From Phallusia mammillata (Eukaryota), in the NCBI GenBank assembly GCA_965637545.1, contig OZ281498.1, positions 21,018,001 through 21,082,000 of the forward strand: 64,000 nucleotides of DNA, in the 5' to 3' direction. How positions within the stretch are numbered: the first letter of the stretch is position 1; every line of letters begins with the position of its first letter. The notes under the pieces are model-generated. The model searched no databases. It worked only from the letters and a program-made list of their open reading frames with translations, and was not told the DNA's origin. This document shows positions 46,401 through 60,600 of the stretch, piece by piece. Both the position numbers and the translations under genes were made by a program.

Positions 46401-49400
46401 CTTGACATGATTAAGTTTAATTTATCCGCGTCAAACGTACGCAAAGATTCTATTCTTACACGTTTCCTAAAAATTTATTGTCTGCAGACCCTCACTTTGT
46501 AAAAACAAGTATATTTAAGCATTGCGACTGAGCAAGCTGTGGCCAACATATTTGCAATAACGGGAAATATATATTTCTGCCAGTACCTTTTTAGATTTAC
46601 ACCCTAAGTTTTAAATCCAGGTCCTTAAATCAGTAAGTTAGCTTTGTGCATTTTTAAGAACTCTTAAATACTTCGTAATATATTAATCTACCGGAGCTGA
46701 ACAATAGGACAAGGTCATGCCCTAGTCAGGGGTCTTCACTTTTACAAGGAAAGCGCTGTGTCACTAAAAAGGGATAAATCATACTTGTTTATGCCAAACA
46801 CGACACCAAAAAGTACAATTTTGTCAAAATGCTACTTTTACCCTGTTTAAGTTAGTGTATTTCGCGTTTATTAAGCTAATGTATTGAAAACAGTCCCCGT
46901 CTTAAAGCGAACAAAAATATTGCAGACCGCTTTACACGTGTGTAATTCGGTCGGGTGTTCACAAACAATTTCTCAATCGCCCCTAGACTCACCTAACTTT
47001 CACCTGTGTACTAACCACTCACGGAAAGTGTTAGTATATTTGCATCCATTAAAACGTTATGTTTTAATCATTAACGTATGCAGCAGCTATAACCAGGTAC
47101 CACCAGTCTATTCCTGCACATACAATGCACCCATTATCAAGATATTCACATGCATATGTAGTTACAGCTTGGATTGCAGAGAGGCAGAAAACTGTGGCGT
47201 CTTTTCAGTATTCGTGAGTGTTTTTGTCCAGCACAGATTTTTTATGCAGCAAAGTAGAACGTCACGCTTGTTTTGCAACCGTTATTTGTGATGTACTTTA
47301 ACCTGAAGTGTGTTTTTTTGCTTTTGGGGTTGAAGGTAGGTCCAGGTCTTAGAATCATTGATACTTGTTTATCTGTAAGTGACGTGACTTAAAGGAGCTT
47401 TTTGAACGATTTGCCCTAATAATATTATTAATTTGTTTTGTATCGTTTAAAAATTAACCTTTTTGTCTATTTATAACATTTTCATTAAAACTTACACCAC
47501 TACAGAGAATTTTTATCATTGTGCAACGGTTGTTTTAACCAATTGACCATTAGAGTGATTCTTGTGGTTTAGCCTCACTGTTTACAAACTTATTTATGCG
47601 AACAACGGCTTTAAACTTCGGCTTCAGGGAAAGTTTATCCGTTGAAATTTAAGTTTGCTGCTTAAAACATCTGTTGTAAGCATTTGGCTTTCGTTCTCAC
47701 GTAGTGGGTAGTGTATTGTGTGCTCTGAAAGAAAGAGGCCTGTAACAACACGTGCTTTCCGAGAACAGCGATCAGTACATGTGGAATTGCATTTATTTCA
47801 AATCAATCTCTTTTCGTATACACTCCCATTGAAATTGTTGAAAGGAATTATTACAACAACAAACTGTCAAAAGGCAGCCATGATAAATCCCCAACCGCCC
47901 GCCAAAGTTTGAATTTCTTTAGTTTCTCAAGCAATACTGGACTCTGCTCAGATATCATCGCTGTTATGTTAGCCAATAAGTGTTATTATTGTGTCATAAA
48001 GGGCTCCAATGGCCGCGCAGTCACAATGGCATATTGTGGCGTCACACACATTCAATTCAGACCAAACAATAACAAGCTAAGGGCGCCGATTTTGATTCTA
48101 AATAGGTGTTCCACGTGTCATTGGTAGTCTCACATTGATTCGTGTGCGTTATGTGAAGCGTTGGGTGGAAAGGTACATGGAAGCGCGTGAAAAAAGTGTC
48201 AATCTATTGAGCTTCTCAACAAAAGGCGGAATCGTATGTCCATTTAATTGCACAGGCTATTAATTTAATTTTGCTTTTTGTAAGAAAATGATAAAATGTG
48301 GTATTTTTTGCTAAAAAGTCTTTTTTTGCGACTTGCAAATACGGGTTTCCATGTGTTTTGTTGCTTACCAGTGTTTTATCGGTTACCCTATTATTTTATA
48401 TTTTTACCAAACTTATACCACTTTCGTATAAATCATGATGCGCCAGTCCCACTGAAGGTCTTTTAACGAATCAAAAAATATGTCTAAGTATGCCGTGATC
48501 GCTGGTCTGCATGGACGCTTCAGCGCTGATCCCAATATAAATGTATTTATCTTATTTTGCCTATAGAATGTCGCATTTTAAGGCAACGAGCTTTTCAAAG
48601 GGCCGATTTTAGTATAAATATTTAACCAAAGCAAATGTACTTGATTAAAAAGCATTGCATGCAAAAACAACGTAGTTGAAAATTACTTTGTGTTATAGTG
48701 CCATCACTCATCAGCTAAGAACTCAAATTGCGGAAACATGTGACGGCTATTCCGGGTCATTTCGGGCAGGTCTGTTCTTAGCACCGCAACAAAACCTATT
48801 GTGACGCCACAAAAACCACACCCGAAAACTTTTTTGTCTCAAATCGCTGCGTCTATTGTCCCACCATTGTTATTCTAACTCTCGAATTGGGCACTAGTCC
48901 TGGCTTGCCCAGCCTAAAGAACGTCTGCTTGGGAAAACAGACCTTGAATTTCTAATCGTAGTGCTTAAGGAATTCCGAGTTTTTTCACAACGGTTGGTGC
49001 AACATGTGAATAGTTGTAATTGGTGTTTGCTATGGGAGCTATTTGATGTAAGAACGACGGTTGCTTATGATATTTGCAATACGATTAAGGCTGCCAAAAC
49101 CAACAATGGCGATTGTAACTTTGCGAAAGTCGAATCTTTTGTTTGCTTTCCGTGTGACGATTTTTGACTTACTGATTTTTCTGACACTTTTTGCTTGTCA
49201 CAGTCAAAAGTAAATAAAAACTTTATTTACACGTATTGTAAAAGCGCTGATGCAGTTTTTCAGTGGCATAAAGTATATGATTTTTGGTTGTATCGTCCTA
49301 ACGGCGGCCTATGTAAATAAGTGGTGGCTGTATTACAACCTTTGACAAAGGCTATTGTGCTAATTTGTGGTATATCATTCTTTGAGATTCGGCAATGAAC

Positions 49401-52400
49401 GTTCTTGAACTTCAAATATTTACTGTGGCCTGTTTTTTACGACCATTTTAATGCTTTGTATAGCCATCTTTTCAAAGATTTAAAACGAATTGTTGCCAGT
49501 TCTGAATATTCTAAATTTGAAAACAATTTCATCGTATCGTAAAAGGGGACATAAAAATCATCACAGTTGATAATTCCACGTGCCATACATTTCCATTACG
49601 TGGAAAACTTTGCAGCTGTTTTTGTCGTCACAATTGGTGCTTGTTTCCCGCTGGTACGCTTAGCTTATGACAGGCGCAGGGTACTAATTGTCACCGGGTC
49701 ACGTGGCAGCTACGCTTGATTGGGTTTCGGTAGACTGGCGTCACAGCGGAACGTAAACACGGATGTGGCGGTCACGTGTGCTTTACACCGAATAAGGCGA
49801 CGCAAAAAATGGAAATTTAAACGCGATCACTTGAGATATTGTTGGCACTATATGTTGATTCTTTTGATATTTACAGCTTTGCAAACTTAATATATCCTAG
49901 ATTTGTAAGTTCTTGTACAGTTTATTGAATTGTATATTAGCTTACTTTATAGGGCGTCCCAACCGTTACTTTGTTATCATATGTACATTTTGATCACGTT
50001 TTTTTACCTCATACATTTTCTGACGTGTTGCATATGTTTGAACCGTTCATGTTGTTGTCATGCAAGTTTAAAACTCTTGTTGGCATATTGAGTATGTGAT
50101 ACATTGGTAAATACATTTATGTGGACATGGCGCCAAAAATTTTCGGGTTTTATGATTTTTCCAGTGAAAGGAATTTCCCATGACTCAGTTTACACGACCA
50201 TCAATGCGTCATTTTTCGCGCAAACATATTTTTTATGTCTGCTTGTTAAAGTTCACAACGCTTCGTCATAATTTTGTTGTTTGTCCTGAACCCGACCTCT
50301 AAAGTCTGGGCGGTTTACAGCATTCTTGAATTTCTACGTTTCAAAATCCTGCAATGTGTGCAAGGAATAACAGTTTTTTTCCGTTGTAATCTTGATGTTG
50401 TATTTTTGCCGTTAACGTTAACGAGCAAACGATTGTTGGCTAAAGATCCCTTGATTTTTCGCTTGGTGAACATTTTTCCCTGTTACGAGGTCGTATGAAG
50501 TGACTTTATTGTGGCTGCTTTTGTTTGCAAAGACGGGTCATTTTGTACGTTGCCTAAACACATGTTGCTTGGTTTGTTTTGCCAACAGGGGTCGTGAACT
50601 TTATTTCAACCGAATTCGTTCAAATGCTTAAGGTTTTTTATTGGGACTTGTAATATTATTAATTTTTAATAGTTAGAGAAACCAATGTTTAGTCTCTTCT
50701 GCATGGTTTTAAACTTTTTTGCAATTTCAATAATATTTCAAAACTATTTCTTGTCTAAAGCTCGTACAATAACTTATTTTTCATGTGGGCATTGGCGTTT
50801 TTCCTAAATGTGCTGGTTAACGTTTTTATTACGTTCGTACTGACAAAATTTTGTGCTCACATAACACTTAAACGTAAGTTTTGTACTTTTTGTATTGGGC
50901 TACTATAAAAATCAGTAACTTTTTCAGCAGCAAAAACCTTCAAAGCAAAGCGTATTTGAAACTGAAAGTCCTAGTCTAGAATTAAAAACTTGTAAATATC
51001 CCTAACACATTTTATTGGTTCCTAATAATTTGTGTTTATGTGGCTGATATAAAACTTGAGGTATTGAATTTGACACGGACTAACAATGGACCAATAAGGT
51101 ATTGTACACCCATAGATACACCATGGGAAAAAGTTCCTCATTGAGCAAACCTTGCCCCAACTTCCGTGCCTTTTGTCTTAGCGTTGATTACAACTGCAGT
51201 ACAAAGACTTTTCAAGCACAGGTGTGTTTTCTCACCAGAAGTAACACAACGAGCAGAACAATGTCACTTTCCAGGTGCCTGCTCGTCTATCCCGACCCAA
51301 ATGACTTTATTCCAGCGGCTAGTGTTACTATACACCGGGGAATTTAAATTCCAAACCATGGTTAGCGAATGTGGGAATTTCTATTCCTTTTTGGCCAATG
51401 AAACCCAATACCTCCTTTCACCATCCTTGCACTCACACCGACTCACGCTTTTCGCTTAATGTTGGGCATCAAGAGGGGTATGGATCGATGTGAAACCACC
51501 TAGGATTCCGATAATTTTCTCAGGGCTTGGGTACAAAAATTGCGTGTACTTTGCCGGCACGTCTGTGATGTAACAATGGATTTCGGCGCCCTGGCACCTG
51601 GGTGTCCTTGAGGGTCTATGTACCCCCGAAGGACGTGCGGGGGAGCATTGTGGGGGGTTTAATTCATCGCGTTTGTTTGTTCGTCACGTCGGAGCCTTTG
51701 TTTCGTCATAATAGCGCGGTTTACCGGAAACTCAAAGTGAATTGAGAAGGATTCTAAATATTTTATCGAAATCGTGTTTGTTGTGTGAAGTGAACGTGCT
51801 TTCTTTGTGCCTGGATTCCTTACGATAAACTATACACGAGGTATTTAAACTTTTTGTCGGTTTGTCATTCATCGCAATAGCATTGCTTTATAAATTATGA
51901 ATGTATATTAAGTATACCTTATTTACTACATCCTTTGTTATATACTGTATATCTTTAATAATTGCGGTTTAAATTGCGTTTTCTGACTTGTTTGATTTCA
52001 ACCTGGGTCCTCTGAAACAGGGCAAAGTCGTAAAGGTTTTTATATTTGCATCACTGCGTTTTTAAAACGTGGTCATTCTCAAGTGTCGTTTTCAGAAACA
52101 AAAAACTTTAAAACCAGGTTTTGACTTTGTCACATACACTCATATTTTGAGAATCGTTCCTATAATACCCTGCTGAAGGTGTCTCCTACGGACATCGAAA
52201 TGTCGTCATAATTTAATAAAAACTGCTGGAAGAGCTACAAATTTGTTTATTTCTATATTTAGTTTAACATTACACTTGGTTGTAGCAGTTTGCTTACGCT
52301 ACATATTTATTGAAGCAAGTGCCAAAACGGGTTTAAAATCCACAACCTTAGAAATAAAAAACCTCTTTTTGGACAATAATCCAAAAATTCAAATTTCAAT

Positions 52401-54622
52401 TACTTTGCTAATTTCCCCAAAATTGCTAATCCAATCATTCAAATTTCAATTACAGCAATTCAAAATCAAGCAAAATCGACGCTTTCGCTACTGTAATAAC
52501 GCCAGTCATACATTTCCTGTCTATTATTGAGTATAATAAACTAGAATGGGTCCATTTAAAGAAGAAAATAAACTTCCGACCCTCTACAATAACATGGCCC
52601 AGGGCCCCTGACGCCGGCGTCTGTTTTCAAACCGGGGCGTTGACGCGTCACGTCCATTCAGCCATTGTGACGTAACAATGAAAGTGACGACAGGACTCGC
52701 GGGAGTAGGGCATTAGGGGTGAGTGGCAGATCAGTTAGGAATGTAATGGAACGGGGTTAACGTTGCTTTTTTGACATTTAAAGCCTTTTAAATTGATTTA
52801 ATGAAGGTTTTTGGTGTGGGCAATATCTCGGTTTTAATAATTGCAACTTCTGTGATAAATTTTTAATTTTTTTGGTAAACTTTTTTTTATAGACGATGTG
52901 TAGGTTTTTTTTGCAATACATATAACCGTTACTGCGTTTGCTCAAGCTAAAATTGCTTTTTTGGTGGTTCTAAAATCTTAATGTTCGCTTATTATAGGGA
53001 TTCGTGCTTCCGTATAGATTCATTAAACAGTGCCAAACATGCGCAAAGAGCCCTCATATTTTCCTTGCAAAGGCATTTCCAAATTCACACTTAGCCTAAT
53101 GTGTTTTACATGCATTGCATACAAGTGTTCAAGTATTATGTTCTATCTATCTAGCTAAGTGTTTGGCAAAATTATTTCAATGCCTTCAGTGTAGTGTAGC
53201 ACAAAAGGCTTAAAAACACTGATCTCTAGCATGTAAGCTTCTTTAATTCAGCTGAAATTCCACATTTTTATTGCATTTATATTTCAACCGCAAAATTCGC
53301 ATAACAAGCAGCGCACCTAGCGATCGAGCATAAAAGTGATTCTAAGCGAGGTCCGAATATTTGCTCAGCGAATGACCCCCATTGTGTGTGTATTACTGGA
53401 TCGTGGGCCATTCCTTTAATTCGAAATGGCCGCTGAGGACATGTCTGGACGTGGCAAGAGCCCCGGTGGTACAAAGCAAACATTGCTCTCGCCCCGTACA
53501 AGAAACTTTTTTCTCGCTCGTTCTATGCCTGGCCGAACTTTTGTTGTGAGCTGATTCGCTTTGTGTCGAGCCCAGCACTTGGGGAAAAAAGCACCGCTAG
53601 TATTTATGAGTCGCTCTGTAAGCTTTAGATTAAGTTGTAGCCGAGAGTGTGAGTTATGCGAAGTTAGAAGTGCTCTGAAAAAAGCATAATTTGACGAAAA
53701 GTTTTTGACGAAGCCTAGGCTAATTCTCAATCTCCTACTTGGCGCAAAAAATTGTTAGTTATGCTTTTTTGCAAAGTTTGAAACAGAAAATATGTTTGTC
53801 GCTCTTTTACGGATGACTTCATTTGATTTTTACGAACAAGGTTTTTCTTTGTAGTGTGGTAGACAATTGAAGCGAATTATCGTTTCTGCGGCAATTTGAG
53901 GCCTGGTATCCCGCCGATTTTTTTACAAGCATCGATCTTGAGTGGACAGAGGTGACAAAGAAAGTAGTAGCAGTGACCGAAAAACTATTTTCAGCTATAG
54001 TTTGAAAATCTTTTAAACAGTTGGGTAAAAATAAATTTGTTAAAGAAAGATTATTTGATTATCTGTCTAAAAGTTTGTGATCAAGATCAACTGTTTTATG
54101 GAAACTTTTAATGATCATATTTGTTTCGCATTTTGTTTGAGTGTTTTTAACACATGGAAAAACTTTCATTATAGTTGTCTGGTGGTACATCATAGAAATC
54201 CTTAAGTGTTTTTATTACCTAAGTCTCCTTGGTAATTTGAGTTGTTTACTATTTTTCCACACCAGACCTGCGTAGACTTGTCCCACGAACCATAATAGAT
54301 CGTCGGTATTGTTGGCAGCTGACAGTTCAGGACTTGTTTCATAACAATACAATCTTCTCGTATTACTTTTTCCGTGGTAATTAATATCACCACAATGGAA
54401 GTCGTACGGGCCAATTAATGCCTGAGCTACAAATGTTGTTTTATTTATTTTATATTTGCGTCGTATTGGCCACTGAGACTCAATAAATTGCGTCATTTTT
54501 CAAGCGTAGTATATTTTTGAATTTAAAAAACAAAAATAAAAATTTACAATTCTAATCTTATTTATGTTTCATAGAAATCTTAAACGGATTTCTTGTAAAA
54601 AAAATTTAGAAATTCTTTCCAA

Positions 54623-57600
54623 ATGTTAACTGTCGTCCGTCCGTCGCAATATGAACTGAATCGTGACGTCATGGACTCATTACGTCACCAGCAACATGAC
54701 GTGATTGGCCGAACGCAATTGTATCGCATGGATTCTGTGACGTCAAACCCGGCCTCGTCGGAAGACTCGTGCTCATCCAACTGTGACCATGATTATGACG
54801 TCAAGACTCCGCATATTTTCACAAGCACTCAGGGTTAGTTCAGTAGAAATCAAATTGAATATGTCTGTTTAAATTTCAATCATATAGAAATCATATAATA
54901 TGTCAAAAAAATTTAACGCAAATTTAAGATTTCTATTGTGTATTTTAGGAATTATTGGAAGTGGTCAATCAAAGAGAATTACAAAATCACGTTGGAGTCC
55001 AGAGGAAGATGAAAAGCTGAAGGGATTGGTCGATCAACACGGGATAGAAGATTTCCAGAAGATTGCGTCGTTCTTTGAGGTACTTTACCCAAGATAAATG
55101 TTAATTAAGTTTTTTGAGGTACTTAAATAAAATACTCGATAAAACTACAATTCTCACTTTTTGCTTCTCAACTTGATATGTAAAATACCCACCTCTTTGG
55201 TTTAAAAAATAGATGCACAGTGCATTGAGTTGCAGGTCGAGCCAGAGTTAAGTTTAAATGAAACAGGCTTAATTCCGGCCAGAAATCACACTCGACATTT
55301 GTGTCGCAATTTCGTGATGGTAAATACAACTTAATCGGGCCTAAGTTAAGGTTCGGGCCGGGTTTAGGGCTATGTTCTTGCCCGCTTAGATCTCTCTGTA
55401 ACCATAAGCGGCACGTTCTACAAAATATAACTTTAGTCCCATGAAGCAATAACAGGTGGAAACCTATGACACATGATATTAATTAACATTGTTTACACCT
55501 AATTAATATTTTGTTGTAACAGGACCGTTCCGACATCCAATGTCTTCAGCGGTGGCAAAAAGTGCTAAGTCCTGATCTAATCAAGGGTCCGTGGACGAAA
55601 GAAGAAGACGACCTCGTAGTCGAACTGGTGAAGAAGTACGGGCCGAAAAAGTGGTCCCTTATATCCAAGCACCTCAAGGGAAGAATCGGGAAGCAATGCC
55701 GGGAACGGTGAGACGCTTATATCTACGGAATTTTGTTGATATTAATTTCAGTATGAAGCTTACACATAACCCGCTTAAACGTTATTTGTAGTTAAGATGG
55801 TTCGTTAATCGTACTTAGTACCAATGACCCAGTGTACCCGAATCGTTTTTGAGAAGCCCGTTTAGGCCGAAAGTTTGATTGGCAGGCCTGTACATGACAG
55901 CCTACAAAAGTACGGCTATATATATTATATTAAAATAAGACATACACAATCGAACATAATAGACAGTGGCTTAAAAACGACTTTTACGACTGTTGGGCCT
56001 TATGTTAAGTCCAGCATATAGCTACAAAGCTGGGTATTTTTTTGTTAATTATGGACAGAATATGAAGTCATGCCCGAATCAAGACCATTTGTTGAAAAAA
56101 ACCTAAACCCAAACCACTTTAAGCAGGCATACTGCCAAGTCTGTGTTGCTCATGTGGGAGTAAAGGTTATAAACAAGTCCATTTATCTTTTGTAGATGGC
56201 ACAATCATCTTAACCCGGACATCAAGAAATGTGCTTGGAGCGAAGACGAGGACCGGGTGATATTTGAAGCTCACAAAAGACTGGGAAACCGATGGGCCGA
56301 AATTGCAAAACTTCTTCCTGGAAGGTAAGACTTTTTTTTATTTGATTTTTTTACGAAATAAATGCATAAACTAACTTAAAAAATTAGGTACACTATTCAC
56401 GGTTTTGAATAATTCGAGCAAAAAAATCAGAGCCAGTATATTGTCGAAACGTCGTTATGTTCTACACAAATACACTGGCTCTGATTTTTTTGCTCTAACT
56501 TAAAAAAACTTGTAAAAACAGTTCGGATAGATATAAAATATAATTCAATTTTGTTTTATTCGGACAGAACCGACAATGCTATCAAAAACCACTGGAACTC
56601 GACTATGAAGCGAAAAGTTGAGAACGAAGGTTACTTATCCGGCCCTATACCCCAATACGTCATGGAGCGACTGGGGTCTTTGTCCCGTCACCCTGTTTTA
56701 CCCCAGTGGGACCCCCAGGTAAAAAACGACCATTTTCGCGGGATTTTAAAAAATTACCATACAATGCTAATTTGCATATTATGTCATAGGCTCAATATTC
56801 AAATGTGGTCGACCATTTTCGCATTTACGCTCCACCGAGCATGGATTTGACCAATCAGAACGCTTCGTTCATGCTGTCCAAAGACCACGATTATTCGCAG
56901 GTAAGCTTACAAAAATTCTGCCCAAAATTAAAATTGCTTTTAAACCTGCCACTAGGGACAATAGAGAGCGGGAAGTGCCGAATATAATCAATATTAACAG
57001 GATCTTGAAACTTCTATACTAGAGGTTGAAAGTCAAGAATTTAAAAAAATGATTTAAAGTAACATTTTTCTGAAAACCATTGTACCCTAAAAGCATTTAC
57101 AATAAACCACGATTAATAGGGACCCGGTTTGGACCAAAAAATGTCCAGATTAGGAGAAGATCCGGATTAACTGATGTCGATTAGTTGAAGTCTTACCACA
57201 TTACAAATCATTTGTACCTTAAGTTTTGTCCGTATTAGGCGAAGTATCATATACGAACGTATTTCTTTGAAAAAGTAAAATGTCATATTTACTGAGTATT
57301 TTAAAAATTTTGTAGATTCGTAGCGAAGGCGAGGACTATCAACTTGTCGATATTTCTGGAGCTCAATCCCTTTCGCCTTTTAAGGGAATGAACATAATTC
57401 GTCTACCTGATATCAAGGTAATTGTTAAACACAAGGCACTTATATAAACGTTCAATTTTTGAAAAAACGCGCTCTTATTTTCGGTGTTTTCTTTAGGATG
57501 CATCTTCATGGTCCCAAGCGAAGGATTTGGCGCAAGAGAGCAACAACGTGGTAACTCCAATTAAATTCACCAACATGAAAACTGGAAGAACAGGTGCGAA

Positions 57601-60600
57601 TTAAAAAAAAGACTGCTGTAAATTTCAAAAGAAATAAACTAAGTTGGTTTAAATAGCACCAAGCGGACTAACAGTACCAAGCGGTTTTAAACCCAGTATA
57701 CGTGGTTCCTAAATAACAATGTGGCTTATAATACTTTTACTTAACTAAGATTTCCAAAGTATTTTTTGCGATTTAATTGTGGTTATTTCAAATGTATCTA
57801 CCTGTAACCTTAAAATGATTCTTAACTCTCTGGTTTTAATTTTGAGCAGATATTCGATTGACTGGTCGTAACCTGGCAACACTTGCTCGCTCCACAAATT
57901 CAAACACATTAATTCCAATCACATCTCCGGCAGCATCCAAGTTTCTTTCACCACCAACTATTCTCAAACGGTGAGCTAATCACGAACTATCATGTGACTG
58001 ATTCATGAAAACTCACGTGATTTCTTTAATGCTCAAAAAAGTTTTGATGTCATCCGGTTTTTGTTCAATGCAATTTTTTTCTATTTAATACATATTTAAG
58101 ATCTGTGATACTGCCACATAAAACGTCATGTGATGTTTTCACGGACTGTTGTGAGCATGAAAGATAATTTAGTCATCGGCACACGAGCTCACGTTTGTTC
58201 AGCATAATGATTTCACAAAGTTTCTTGTGGAATATTTTTTCACGAAAAAAACACAAAAATATTTTTTCACGAAAATTATTCACAAAATTTCATGTGATAT
58301 AAAAAATTCACGGAACGTCAAGTTATTGGCCCATGCTCATCATTGCACGACTATTATTTTCGTTACTTAATTGTAAACTTTTATGTCCAACAGAAAACGC
58401 CACCCCAGGAAACAGTCGAACCCTAGACCGGGCGTTACCCATAGCAACCAGATAAGCGTCCATACCAACCCGGCTAACAAATGCACGGCGTCAAGAAAAC
58501 TGCTCATGACAGAAGAAAAACCACCTCTCACTAATGATGACATCACTGATGCGCTAATCGGTACGTCACTCGTATGTGAACTAACGCATTGATGAAAACG
58601 TCTGTAACGTGAACAAAAACTTTGAAATAAATTTTACTTGCAGATGAGATAATTGGTTCGACAAACTGTGGAACAATTGGCACTTGTGCATCGCAGTTAC
58701 CACCAGTTTCAACACAACTTAACATGGTAAATGCTTTACATTTTATGATTTCAAAATGACTCTTTTTGAATGCAACACCATATTCTCACTTTGCATTAAT
58801 TTTTTTCACCAAAATTGCCGAAATTCTCACTAAATCTTATTAGGCTAAAGTGTTTTTTTTTCCTTTTTTTAATTAAATCATCTTATCTTTTTTAGCACCT
58901 GAATCAACCCTCAATGACCCCGAGTAACCCCGCACCCGTGACCGCTGGTAACCTCCGCCCCGTCGCAGTCAGCCACCCACCTGCATTGGAGAATCTTCGC
59001 CTCGATGACGTCAAGCCGTTTATTACGTCAGCGTCGCTTTTGGCTTCCAGGTCCCCTCATAAATCGACCCCAATCAAGTCCCTCCCGTTTTCTCCTTCTC
59101 AGGTTAGAATATTTAATTTTTAACTTATTTGCATATTTTACACCATATCTATAAATAAAATTAAACGCAAAAAAAGAAATGTTTACTACTTAATATTTAG
59201 GCGCCTGTCGTGGGTTCGAATCCCACCGCAGGCTATAGTTTTTAAATAATCTTTTGCCACATAAAAATGCTCAGGAGACCGGTTTGATTTAGTAATACGC
59301 TTTTAATAACGTTTTTTTATTAATGATCGTTTCCTTAACAGTTTATGAACGGACCAATGCCCGGAATCGACCATCCCTCCTTGACCTCTACCCCTGTCAA
59401 AGGTCAAACCATTTGCACTCCCAGCAAACTGAAGGGGAACACCCGAAACAAGGAAAATGAAGAGTAAGCACAAATTTAGTGTTAAACTCGTTTTGTTATA
59501 GTTGATGAATTAAACTATCTCAGGAAAACGTTTAATACATGCTGGTTTTCAATTTTAAGGGACAAAAATTTTTAATAATGTGTATTTTTTCAGAGGTTCG
59601 ACTCCAATGTTATGCCGTTCCATCGCTGAATCAGTTCCTCGAACTCCAACGCCATTCAAAAACGCCATGGCTGCGCAAGTTATGAAACACGGCCCAATTA
59701 AAATGGTAAGGATTGTGACATTTTGTTGAAAATACTCCATGGTATGGTTTGAAAACGCTAAAATAAAAGGGTTTTAACTTTCAGAACAGAAAAATGTTTT
59801 CCGAGTAACGGAATCATTCGATGTCCATCTTGGAATATATTTCAATATATATTTTGCCTAACTGGCATCATTAGTTCTATAACACCACAGGATAAAACGT
59901 CAATAAAAAATGAATTAAAGTTAATAAAATACAACAAAGTGAAGTATTAAGACACTAAACTGAAGCAAATGTATGTTTTATTTTTTTGTTAATTTTTGTT
60001 ACCAATTTTGTTTCTCTTGCAGCCGGACACCCCTAATTCTCTGGACGACCTGTTTGAAATGATCAACCGAGAAGAAAAAATCCACCTGGAACCAAAACCG
60101 AAGAGAGCTCGTACGATTGACGTCAAGGTGGGTTACGTCACCAACTATGACGTCGAAATTTATTATAATTTGTTCAAATCCATATTAAATAAAAAATTAA
60201 AGAAAATTTTTTTGGCAAAATGTTTGTGTCGTCATAAACCCAAATCTAAATTGTGACGTCACATTTGTAGCCCGATCGCGTCCGCAAAGCGCTGTTGCTA
60301 GGCGACGATTGGATGAAGACGCGTCTTCCTAACATCAACTGTCAAGTTTCGAGCAAGAACGGGATCGTAAAGACCGAAGTGGTGAGTGATGTCATCAGTA
60401 TAAGTTATGACGTTCAAAACATATTTTTTTCTCAACGTAAAGCAGTGTTTAACCTTTAGAAGATAGATATTGATGTAAAGGTCAAAATAGTAGTGCAAAG
60501 CGGAATTTTACATCTTCATAAAAACAAAATATCCTTTTGATCAAATTCTATTTTATATTTGACCATACGACATTTAAAGCAACCATTTCTCTTTAGGACG

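Noticed and set aside
48690-48712. CTGATGA followed by a 3-bp hairpin on the minus strand
   Set aside because: No GAAA or stem III follows.
53441-53554. Short ORF starting MSGRGK, like histone H4/H2A
   Set aside because: Similarity ends after six residues, there is no histone fold or stem-loop, and it is 37 aa only. At most an upstream ORF.
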